Assembly (NCBI GenBank): GCA_002269645.1
Contig: NIVC01002777.1
Coordinates: 77,259-141,258 of the forward strand
Reading direction: 5' to 3'
Length of the DNA stretch: 64,000 nt
Source of the DNA: Macrostomum lignano
Taxonomy: Eukaryota
Within the stretch, counting starts at the first letter, position 1; the number at the start of each line of letters is the position of its first letter. The position numbers and the translations under genes are program-made. Below, in pieces: positions 25,866 to 37,500 of the stretch. Under the pieces are notes generated by a model that saw only the letters and a list, made by a program, of their open reading frames with translations, was not told the origin of the DNA and ran no database searches.

Positions 25866-27266
25866 GGAACAGTATGTTGGACAGAGACAGATCTAGGGAG
25901 TGTCGAGTGAGTCATCACTGCTGAATCACGCCATTTGCCTAATAGTTTGCCTTGCTTGATCATTTGGTAGGCGGCGCTTTGAGTGGCCTTGGGGATTCCC
26001 TGTCCGCCACCCCATTCCGTTTGTCGTCCAGTGTGCAGCCAACCCACGTCGGTTTAGCGTCGGTAAAAACCGATCGGCCAAAGTTATATACATTCCTGAA
26101 GACAAGAGAAAACATTTGTCATATTAGGGTTAGGGTAGGGTTAGGTTTTGTGAGTTCTGTGTCGAAGTTGTGAAATGTCGGAGCTGTGAAAGCACCTCTA
26201 TGTAGAATAAAAAATTAACATAGAATCCTAATTTTCTGAACGAAAAGCTTTATAAATATCGATAGAGCAATAAAAAAGGCACAACATATCAAAAGATGAA
26301 CACTGGATCTGCCTCCTATCAAACGCAATAACAATTTTTGTGCTGAAAAAATGAAAACTTCCTATCTCCGTAGTGTATTTTTTCGGGAAAAAGTGCCTTC
26401 AAAACTTTTCTAAGAAACGAGGTTTCCCGTCCTTCTACTTAAGTCGTCCTTGCTCTGGCTGTGTATGCGGAATGAAGCAAAACACCCTATGAGTCGCGTT
26501 CGCCCGTTGAAGAGCGTTGCCACTCAGTGTGCACAGGTTTTGCCAGCGGGGGGGGGGTCAAAGCAGCCACAAAGATTCGCGTACTCCATCTTGGAGCCCA
26601 TTCCAGCTTGAACTACGTGATAGTAATAGTGATCAATCATGAAGAGCTCATCATGAAATAATGTTTAAAATAGATCAGACTATATAAATTATAAGAAACA
26701 GCACTATAGAAGACGCTAATAGTTTAGCTGTACTGACTATAATCAATTAAGTGACTGGATCCCTGGCTGCATCCAAAGTATAGATCCGAAAACCCTAACC
26801 AGCCCCTAAGTTCTTAACTGTGGACTTGTCTGCTACAAGTAGCTTCTTATTTTATAATATTTTATAATATGACAATCAAGAAGCATACTAGATAATATGT
26901 GCTTACTGTAAGCAGTTTGAGTGCAGATCGCAGTGCATTTCTGCTGTCGTATACAACATGCAATAACAACATTGTTGGCTGGGAAAGTTGCTAAAGGCAT
27001 CGCAAGTAAATAGGGGGAGTAAATACATTCCAACAGGATGCGGAATATTTTTTTACCCCTCACCGACCAAAGATTGGTACTACTAAGGGTCTGGTTAATA
27101 ACCGTAGCACACGGGTGGCAACCCAGTATCTGGTTGGCACATAGCCATCGCCCATCTATTTTGAAAACTGCCCCATCTCAAAAGTAGCAAATAAGAAACA
27201 AATAGACTTAAAATGTCAATTAAATAGGAAACAGCTTATCTTAACAAATAAAAAAGGTAATATTAA

Positions 27267-30200
27267 GGGTGTGTATAAAAGCTGGCACTGGCACATTGGA
27301 CACATTGGACACCCCTTTTTATAACAAAATTAGATATGAAAATGCAAAATAAACTTGCAGAGCTACTTTTAAAAAATTTAAAAAAAATGATAATAATAGA
27401 AATGACATCCTTGCTTTTGTGATAAATGATTTGTTAAATATTCTTTGTATTATCGTTTTTTGTACATGTTTAATTTGGCATTCGATTTTTTAAAATAATC
27501 GCACATGCAAAAACTGTACAGCTTGCAATGCTATTACTCTGTGATTTTACTACCCCGAAGGTTCTGTACTACAGGCGTACCGATTTAATGCTAAATATGC
27601 CTGATATATGAAATGATCAAACTAATAGTCAGAACTCAATTCTCCATAAAATGATGAAGCATTCTGCTCTTATCAAAAAACCACAACTTATTTTGTTAGG
27701 ATTACTTCATGAAGAACGAACTTTGGATATTCCAAATTGCAAGTATTTCTATATTAAAAAAGTTAATACATTGGCAGATTATTTGATGAAAAAATTGCAC
27801 CCAAAAAGTTTTTTTTACTTTGAAAGATGATGAAAATATTAATAATTTCCAAGCTTCTTCTTTTATTAGTTCAATTACTTTTTGTATGATTTCAACCAAC
27901 AAAAAAGGAATAGCTACTCAGTGAAAGTTCAAATTACAGTCTCTTCTTTATATACAATCCTTTTAAGAAAACCTTTATTATTATGAATAATTTGCCAAGT
28001 CATGATATTTAAGAAATTGTGCTAATCATTTAAATTATGAGTTAAAAAATGCAAGCATATAAGTAAAAAATCTACCCTACAGACCAAGAAGTCTTTTTAC
28101 TGAAAAGTTATATGTGACGCTTTGAATAAACAACATATAAACCATCTTCACATAACATTAATTGTCATTTATTTCAGACCTAAATCCTTTAGCACATTAA
28201 ATATTCTGCACGTATGTTGCAGGGTATACTTCCTTCTTCTAAAATCCTACAAATGACACAAAGTTTTAATAGGCAAATTTATTAGTATTGTTTATATTAA
28301 TATTTCTATGTTTATGAGAAGTTTTCCAATAAGAACAAGTTCCCAATCATTAAAACACGATTTTTTAATTCTAATGTCTAAAATTATGGTGTTCTAAGGG
28401 ACCAAGTGATAGGTTTTAAGCTACTATTAGCACCTGCATGATTTATGTATTTAATACCTACACATTCCTTAATATCTATAGTTCGCCTAATTGCCTAATT
28501 GCTAACCCTAATTCTAGCCTTCTTGGCTTACAAGTTTGAGTCTTCACAGCATATTATTCAATGCAAGCCCTACTAATTTTATTAGCCTCTCTTAATTTTA
28601 TAAAATAATAATTTTCTTTAGTGTAACTGCTCCAAAAATTTCAACTTTAATTTAAGTGGTGTGCCGAAACACCACTTGCACCATTACAGCCCTGTCTATA
28701 ATTTTTTTGTGCTAATTGGTTGACCACTTTCAATAATTTTCTTGGGTCAAGAGTGTGATATCTGCATATCGCAGCATGAATTTTTTAAAGAATCCCTAAT
28801 TTTATACAAGGAATCATATATATTTATAGAAAGTTAGCTCTTAGAGTAGAGATAAAGTACATAAGACTATTAAAAGCAACTTTTCATACAATTGCTTATG
28901 GTAATGATTTCTATTGTTATAAAGTTACAAATAAATAAAAAGTTACATTGCATTTAAACTGTACTTTATGAGTTGTAAGCCTTTCAACTCAGAGTGCACT
29001 TCAATTGCTTTAATATACATTGCTAGATGTTATTTAGCATTTCTTTGTTATTTATCATTTAACTCATTGCATTGTTTAATTGCTAATTTCATTTGCTCAG
29101 CTGCAATATTTATTACTTTTTTATTAATGCCAATGTTTGTTATACTTTTTCTCCCAATTTTTAGTGTTTGTGGTATTCTTTTGTGAAATTTTAATTTTTC
29201 AGCTGTATCTATCTTTACAAAAAATTGTACCTGTAAACTTATGGTTTTTTGCTTACAATGGTACTGTACTAAATTATATTTTATTTCCTTGTTAGATTCT
29301 CTAAATTGAAAAAGTAATGCACTGCTTTATTATCATGCATATTGAATATTAAGGATAGTTAGTATTCCTTCCTTGAAAAAGATTCTAGAGTTGGATTCTA
29401 TTTGATAAGAGAATAAATAATTTATTGAGTTTAAATGTTTTTAAAACATTAATTAATTGCATTTTGATGGAAATCATAACTTAAAAAATTATTCGTTTTT
29501 TTATTTAAGACACGGGGGATTTCAAAAGTCCATATTAACAACAAATCAAACATTAAAATTATGGGAGAGAGAGAGAGAGAGAGAGAAGTATTAGATTCAC
29601 TTTCACCATTGCTGTTGATTTATGGAAAGGCAGTAAACAAGCCAGAGCAGCTGCAAATTGTCAAATATGCCATGTCCGGCTATAAAATTCTGCAACTAGT
29701 CTGCTGCTCACTTTTTCCAACGTTTATTGAGGACAAGAAACGGCATTTAATGTTTCTATGTTTTCTGTAAGTGCACAAACTAGGTAAATGAAAATGACGT
29801 ACCGAAAGTAGTTCGACAATAAAGCAAGATAAGAAATGAATTTAAATGTAGTATAAAACTTGTTGATACTACCAATCTCATGGTTGTTAGAAGTATATGA
29901 AAAATGCAATTATAAATAAATATTTACATTTTCATTCGAAAGCCAAAGTATATTTATTCAAGCAAAACAACGACCAAAACTCGATTTTTGTTAACATAAG
30001 GGGTGTCCAATGTGCCAATGGTGCCCTGCGGGTGTGTATAAAAGCTGGCACTGGCACATTGGACACATTGGACACCCCTTTTTATAACAAAATTAGATAT
30101 GAAAATGCAAAATAAACTTGCAGAGCTACTTTTAAAAAATTAAAAAAAATGATAATAATAGAAATGACATCCTTGCTTTTGTGATAGATGATTTGTTAAA

Positions 30201-32734
30201 TATTCTTTGTATTATCGTTTTTTGTACATGTTTAATTTGGCATTCGATTTTTTAAAATAATCGCACATGCAAAAACTGTACAGCTTGCAATGCTATTACT
30301 CTGTGATTTTACTACCCCGAAGGTTCTGTACTACAGGCGTACCGATTTAATGCTAAATATGCCTGATATATGAAATGATCAAACTAATAGTCAGAACTCA
30401 ATTCTCCATAAAATGATGAAGCATTCTGCTCTTATCAAAAAACCACAACTTATTTTGTTAGGATTACTTCATGAAGAACGAACTTTGGATATTCCAAATT
30501 GCAAGTATTTCTATATTAAAAAAGTTAATACATTGGCAGATTATTTGATGAAAAAATTGCACCCAAAAAGTTTTTTTTACTTTGAAAGATGATGAAAATA
30601 TTAATAATTTCCAAGCTTCTTCTTTTATTAGTTCAATTACTTTTTGTATGATTTCAACCAACAAAAAAGGAATAGTTACTCAAGAAATTGTGCTAATCAT
30701 TTAAATTATGAGTTAAAAAATGCAAGCATATAAGTAAAAAATCTACCCTACAGACCAAGAAGTCTTTTTACTGAAAAGTTATATGTGACGCTTTGAATAA
30801 ACAACATATAAACCATCTTCACATAACATTAATTGTCATTTATTTCAGACCTAAATCCTTTAGCACATTAAATATTCTGCACGTATGTTGCAGGGTATAC
30901 TTCCTTCTTCTAAAATCCTACAAATGACACAAAGTTTTAATAGGCAAATTTATTAGTATTGTTTATATTAATATTTCTATGTTTATGAGAAGTTTTCCAA
31001 TAAGAACAAGTTCCCAATCATTAAAACACGATTTTTTAATTCTAATGTCTAAAATTATGGTGTTCTAAGGGACCAAGTGATAGGTTTTAAGCTACTATTA
31101 GCACCTGCATGATTTATTTATTTAATACCTACACATTCCTTAATATCTATAGTTCGCCTAATTGCCTAATTGCTAACCCTAATTCTAGCCTTCTTGGCTT
31201 ACAAGTTTGAGTCTTCACAGCATATTATTCAATTCAAGCCCTACTAATTTTATTAGCCTCTCTTAATTTTATAAAATAATAATTTTCTTTAGTGTAACTG
31301 CTCCAAAAATTTAAATTTTAATTTAAGTAGTGTGCCGAAACACCACTTGCACCATTACAGCCCTGTCTATAATTTTTTTGTGCTAATTGGTTGACCACTT
31401 TCAATAATTTTCTTGGGTCAAGAGTGTGATATCTGCATATCGCAGCATGAATTTTTTAAAGAATCCCTAATTTTATACAAGGAATCATATATATTTATAG
31501 AAAGTTAGCTCTTAGAGTAGAGATAAAGTACATAAGACTATTAAAAGCAACTTTTCATACAATTGCTTATGGTAATGATTTCTATTGTTATAAAGTTACA
31601 AATAAATAAAAAGTTACATTGCATTTAAACTGTACTTTATGAGTTGTAAGCCTTTCAACTCAGAGTGCACTTCAATTGCTTTAATATACATTGCTAGATG
31701 TTATTTAGCATTTCTTTGTTATTTATCATTTAACTCATTGCATTGTTTAATTGCTAATTTCATTTGCTCAGCTGCAATATTTATTACTTTTTTATTAATG
31801 CCAATGTTTGTTATACTTTTTCTCCCAATTTTTAGTGTTTGTGGTATTCTTTTGTCAAATTTTAATTTTTCAGCTGTATCTATCTTTACAAAAAATTGTA
31901 CCTGTAAACTTATGGTTTTTTGCTTACAATGGTACTGTACTAAATTATATTTTATTTCCTTGTTAGATTCTCTAAATTGAAAAAGTAATGCACTGCTTTA
32001 TTATCATGCATATTGAATATTAAGGATAGTTAGTATTCCTTCCTTGAAAAAGATTCTAGAGTTTGATTCTTTTTGATAAGAGAATAAATAATTTATTGAG
32101 TTTAAATGTTTTTAAAACATTAATTAATTGCATTTTGATGGAAATCATAACTTAAAAAATTATTCGTTTTTTTATTTAAGACACGGGGGATTTCAAAAGT
32201 CCATATTAACAACAAATCAAACATTAAAATTATGGGAGAGAGAGAGAGAGAGAAGTATTAGATTCACTTTCACCATTGCTGTTGATTTATGGAAAGGCAG
32301 TAAACAAGCCAGAGCAGCTGCAAATTGTCAAATATGCCATGTCCGGCTATAAAATTCTGCAACTAGTCTGCTGCTCACTTTTTCCAACGTTTATTGAGGA
32401 CAAGAAACGGCATTTAATGTTTCTATGTTTTCTGTAAGTGCACAAACTAGGTAAATGAAAATGACGTACCGAAAGTAGTTCGACAATAAAGCAAGATAAG
32501 AAATGAATTTAAATGTAGTATAAAACTTGTTGATACTACCAATCTCATGGTTGTTAGAAGTATATGAAAAAGTGCAATTATAAATAAATATTTACATTTT
32601 CATTCGAAAGCCAAAGTATATTTATTCAAGCAAAACAACGACCAAAACTCGATTTTTGTTAACATAAGGGGTGTCCAATGTGCCAATGGTGCCCTGCTTT
32701 TATACATACCCGTGCCCTGCTTTTATACAGACCC
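27267..32734. mobile_element. Mutator(MULE)-like TIR element present as a head-to-tail dimer (27267-30029 + 30030-32734)
   Basis: 9-bp TSD TAATATTAA on both outer flanks; TIRs GGGTGTGTATAAAAGC...CATTGGACACCCCTT / AAGGGGTGTCCAATG...GCTTTTATACAGACCC. The two ~2.7-kb units are nearly identical (unit 2 lacks ~90 bp). The interior is AT-rich with only stop-riddled frames. Confidence 0.85.
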
Positions 32735-33939
32735 TAATATTAAAAGTAACAAAGCAGTAAAATTAACTAACAAAGTAGTCTTAATTACCACGAGGTAGTA
32801 GAAAATTCTCTTTTTGTATTGCAAGTTTATAAATTAATTATAATATGTGGGGCATTGTGTAATTAAAATTAAAAGTCCTCAAAAATGAATTCGCCGAAAC
32901 ATTGCAATACTTTGCCAAAACATTACTTCACCGAAAAATTACTTTGCCGAAATGTTGCGTAGCCCTTGGGATATATTTATCAGGGAAATCTCTAGAATGA
33001 AATGTTTAGTGCCCTACAGGCCTACACATGGTCAGAAACTTTAGAAAGTTTGCAAAGGTTTAGTACAAGGTCACTGTAGGTCTTACAAAATGACACAATT
33101 GATTTTTACCGAAATTGTACCGATTAGAAAGTTTGGCTTGCATGTAGGTAGGCCTATTGTAGTATATAAAATGAATAGAATTACTTATCTACTTACTTTA
33201 TTTATTGCTCAATGCTAAAAATATTTACCAATTACCATTTGATTAAATAATCTAAGTGAAGGTCTTATTTCAGTGACATTAATAGGCCTAGGCTGGCTTA
33301 GCCCTAATTTAATTTGATTTATGATTACATCATAATAGTGCCCAGTAAATCAATAATTTTATTTTATAGGCCAGAGAAAGAATACATGTTATAGGCCTAC
33401 TACAAGGAAATATTGCATATTATAATCATATATATAGCTAGGGCTAGGGTAGGCCTAGATATTAGGGGGAAGCTAAAAGGGCCATTCCCCCACTTCTTAG
33501 GTCTAGCCATTGCCAAAAAAATTTGAGCCATATTTTTATGATCTATAACTTTGCAAGGTCTATTTTCCAACATAGGGTTGTAATTGTTTAATATAGCTTG
33601 CCCCTTTAAAAAAATTCTAGATCTAGGCCTATCTTTATGTTTTATGCACAATTGGTAAACTAAACCCTAATATTAAAAATCTAACAAGAGAAGAAAGGAG
33701 GATATATATACATTTATATTTAAAGCTGAGTGGATTGGCCAGGTTTATTACATATATATATATGAAGCCAACTCTTCTATTGAAGGAAAAAAACTCACAT
33801 TGCTAAAAGTCTATTCCCTAAAATCCCATGACCTAAATCCCATTTTCCAAATCCTCTCCAACTTGTCTATAGACCCAGCTTAAAAACTCTCAAGTACCAT
33901 ATCTTGTTTTTTCTATTTGAAAAAATTGACCAGTTGCTA

Positions 33940-34290
33940 TCATCTAGATTGACTCTTTCTCTCTCCTCTTTCCTCTCTCCTTTCTTATTTCTAAACTTTC
34001 CTTTCCTCTTTGCTCTTATCTCTTATCTCATATTTACTCTCTTATCTATTATCTTTCTTTTCTCTTCTTTCTTTTTTCCTTTTTCATCTTGCTTCTCTTT
34101 TTCCTCTTTTCTTTTCCCTTTTCTTGCTTCTCTCTTTCTTCTTCTCTTATCTCCTATCTCTCCTCTCTCCTCTCTGTGCTCTTATTTCTATTCTTTTTTA
34201 CTTTGTCTATACTTTCTGTTCTCTACTTTCTTATCTCTCTTCTCATTTCTCTTATCTTTTCTCTCATTTCTCATCTCTATCTCTATCTTG
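33940..34290. repeat. CT-rich low-complexity tract
   Basis: Pyrimidine-only simple sequence. Confidence 0.85.
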
Positions 34291-34560
34291 TAATCCTATT
34301 TTAGGCATAAAGTATGTCTTAAAAATCATTAATGGCACTTTTTGAAAACATTTTGTGCCAAATGGCTTTGCATGAGGTCATTGCCAATAAAAAGTTAGGT
34401 GCTCACTATCCATAGAGTCTAAAAAAATTCGAATGTTCTTGCAAATCTTCAGATTTTATGGAAATGGTTCATAGGTTTGGAATATCTATATTCTATACAT
34501 TTCTATACCATATTTTTGTACACAAAAATCTGTATAATTTCTAACCATATTTCTTAACTG

Positions 34561-37500
34561 ATGGAGAAGCAGGAGCCATACAAGGACGCTCTGAACTTTG
34601 ACCATGTGTTTCGGCACATTCAGTCAGCGCCATTGCTGACGCTGGACAATGTGTTGAACTTCCTGCTGACTACAGGCGGCAGCGCCACGGTGCCAGAATT
34701 CCTGGAGAGATTCGCATTGGCATCAAATTTCCCACTGGATCAGTGGCTGTCGGATCAGCCAGGCGGGAAGCTCATTCTGTGTGAGGGGCGGCTCAATGCT
34801 TATCCTTGTGTTCGAATTTGCCAGTTCTACAATGGCGCCAAGGACAGCTGCACGAATCCGAAGTGCAAGCGGCTGCACTTCTGTCTGTGGTGGCTGGGCG
34901 ACCCAGATGGAAGGGTGCACAATGGACAGTGCGGTCTGGTTCACGGACTGGGAGATGCGCGCAATAAGGAGGTCTGTCAACTGCTGTTTTGTGCTGTCAG
35001 TAACTTATGTTTTGTGCTGCTTCATGCTGTCAGTAATTGCTGTTTTGTGCTGTCAGTAATTGCTGTTTTGTGCTGTCAGTAATTGCTGTTTTGTGTTGTC
35101 AGTTATTGCTGTTTTGTGCTGTTAATAACTGCTGTTTTGTGCTGTCGGTAACTGCTGTTTTGTGCTGTCAGTTATTGCTGTTTTGTGCTGTTAATAACTG
35201 CTGTTTTGTGCTGTCGGTAACTGCTGTTTTGTGCTGTCAGTTATTGCTGTTTTGTGCTGTTAATAACTGCTGTTTTGTGCTGTCGGTAACTGCTGTTTTG
35301 TGCTGTCAATAATTGCTGTTTTGTGCTGTCAATAACTGCTGTTTTTTGCTGTCAGTAACTGATGTTTTGTGCTGCTTCATGCTGTCAGTAGTGCTGTTTT
35401 ATGCTGTCAATAATAGCTGTTTTGTGCTGTTTCATGCTGTCAGTAATATCTGTTTTGTGCTGTTTCATGCTGTCAGTAGCTGCTGTTTTGTGCTGTCAGT
35501 AATTGCTGTTTCATGCTGTCAGTAGCTGCTGTTTTGTGCTGTCAGTAATTGCTGTTTTGTGCTGTTAATAACTGCTGTTTTTTGCTGTCAGTAATATCTG
35601 TTTTGTGCTGTTTCATTCTGTCAGTAGCTGCTGTTTTGTGCTGTTTTATGCTGTCAGTGACTCAGTATATTCTATTATGTGCTATGAGCAATTGCTGTCT
35701 TATGCTTTTAGTGATTGCTGATTGCTGTTTTAGGCTGTAACTAATGCTGTTTTGTGCTGTCATCACGATTTCCCTCTGTCACCTGCAGCTCCAGCTGTAC
35801 TTGTCATCACAGCCATCCAATCAGTCACCTGCTTGTCATCACAGCCATCATCCAATCAGTCACCTGCAGCTCCAGCTGTACTCGTCATCACAGCCATCAT
35901 CCAATCAGTCAGTCAGTCACCTGCAGCTCCAGCTGTACTCGTCATCACAGCCATCATCCAATCAGTCACCTGCAGCTTCAGCTGTACTCGTCATCACAGC
36001 CATCATCCAATCAGTCACCTGCAGCTTCAGCTGTACTCGTCATCACAGCCATCATCCAATCAGTCACCTGCAGCTCCAGCTGTACTCGTCATCACAGCCA
36101 TCATCTAATCATTCACCTGCAGCTTCAGCTGTACTCGTCATCACAGCCATCATCTAATCATTCACCCGCCCGCAGCTGCTTGCCCGCATTGGCCTCGGCG
36201 CAGTCGGCAGCCAGAAGGTCCTCGAGCTGCTGCGTGCGAGCCATCCAGCTGTGTGCGCCAAGTACAACACAGACAGCGGGTGTTCCGATGCCCGCTGCCC
36301 CGACATTCACATTTGCAACAACGCGCTGCACAGGGAAAACAAGCTGGCTAAGCAGCTGTGCCCCTGCCACAGGCGGCACGTCCTGGAGCCCGCCGCCAAG
36401 GACCCGGAGACGGCGGCCAAGCTGGCCAGGTTCGGCCTGGACGACAGCAACCTGAACTTCCTCGCCAGATCCTTCCTGGTACCCGCTGCGCTGCGAAACT
36501 CCCTGCCTACCATGGCCGGTGTCCCCGGACCCGCCCCTGCGCCCGCCCCTGCGCCCGAACCTGAGCCCACCCCGAGCCTGCCGCCCCCGCTGCCGGACGT
36601 GTCGGCCCTCGGCCTCGGCCTTCGCCCCGCCTACGCCGCGCTGATTCGCCGCAGCGGCCGAGCCGCACTGTCGGAGCTGCTGGCCGACCTGAAACTGCCG
36701 AGCGACTTCCCGCTGGAGCAGTGGCGGGACAGCATCGACGAGTTGATGAAGCCGCTGCAGAGCATGATTGACATCTACAAGGATGCTGTGAGCAGACAGC
36801 CGGTCAGCGTGAATGTGTTTCGCCGCTTCCGCATCTGCCCGATGCACAACGGGGCACCGAAGTCCTGCCAGAATGCGGACTGCTGCCAGCTGCACCTGTG
36901 CCTGTGGTTTCTGGCCGACCCCGACGGCAAAGTGCATGATAAGGTGGGTAGATGCACTTTAATTATGTGGATCAATATCCCCTTCCTGCAATCAGTCTCA
37001 TCCAAATAATGAAGTGGAAACAGCATGAAGACTGTTTTGCGACGTGACTAGTCAACAACTAACGAGTCTGGAAGAGGGTTCCTTCATAAATCTAGGAGCC
37101 CATTTTTTTTAAATATCAACGTACCCCGTCGGGAAATAATTGTCCCTTAACGGTGTCAAATGGCACACGAAAAAGGGAAAAAAATTTTAAAAAATTCTTG
37201 ATTCGTAACAAAAATTCGCAGTTTTAACTTTTCCACAACTGTGCAATGTGTTCCGTTTGGCACAGTAATATGCTGATTAGCATAACTGTGCCAATTGGAA
37301 TAGTAGTGCTTAGTTGGCAGAATTGCAGACTTTGCTGGGACAATTATTTCCCACCGGGGCCGTAGCGCATATTATTAAACAGACGCTGGCTCAGGGGTCA
37401 GCAAAGCACCCGTTGGTGGAAAACAGCTGAGTCAGAACTGAGGATAGAACTGTAAGAAATGTTTTGAATAATAAAAATATCGACGGCTATAGCTTTTTGC

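Noticed and set aside
35037-36455. Repetitive ORFs ([13 protein letters not shown]...) here and at 13389-14364, 3787-4695, 8823-9326, 44628-44907
   Set aside because: Translations of tandem repeats in introns or MITEs.
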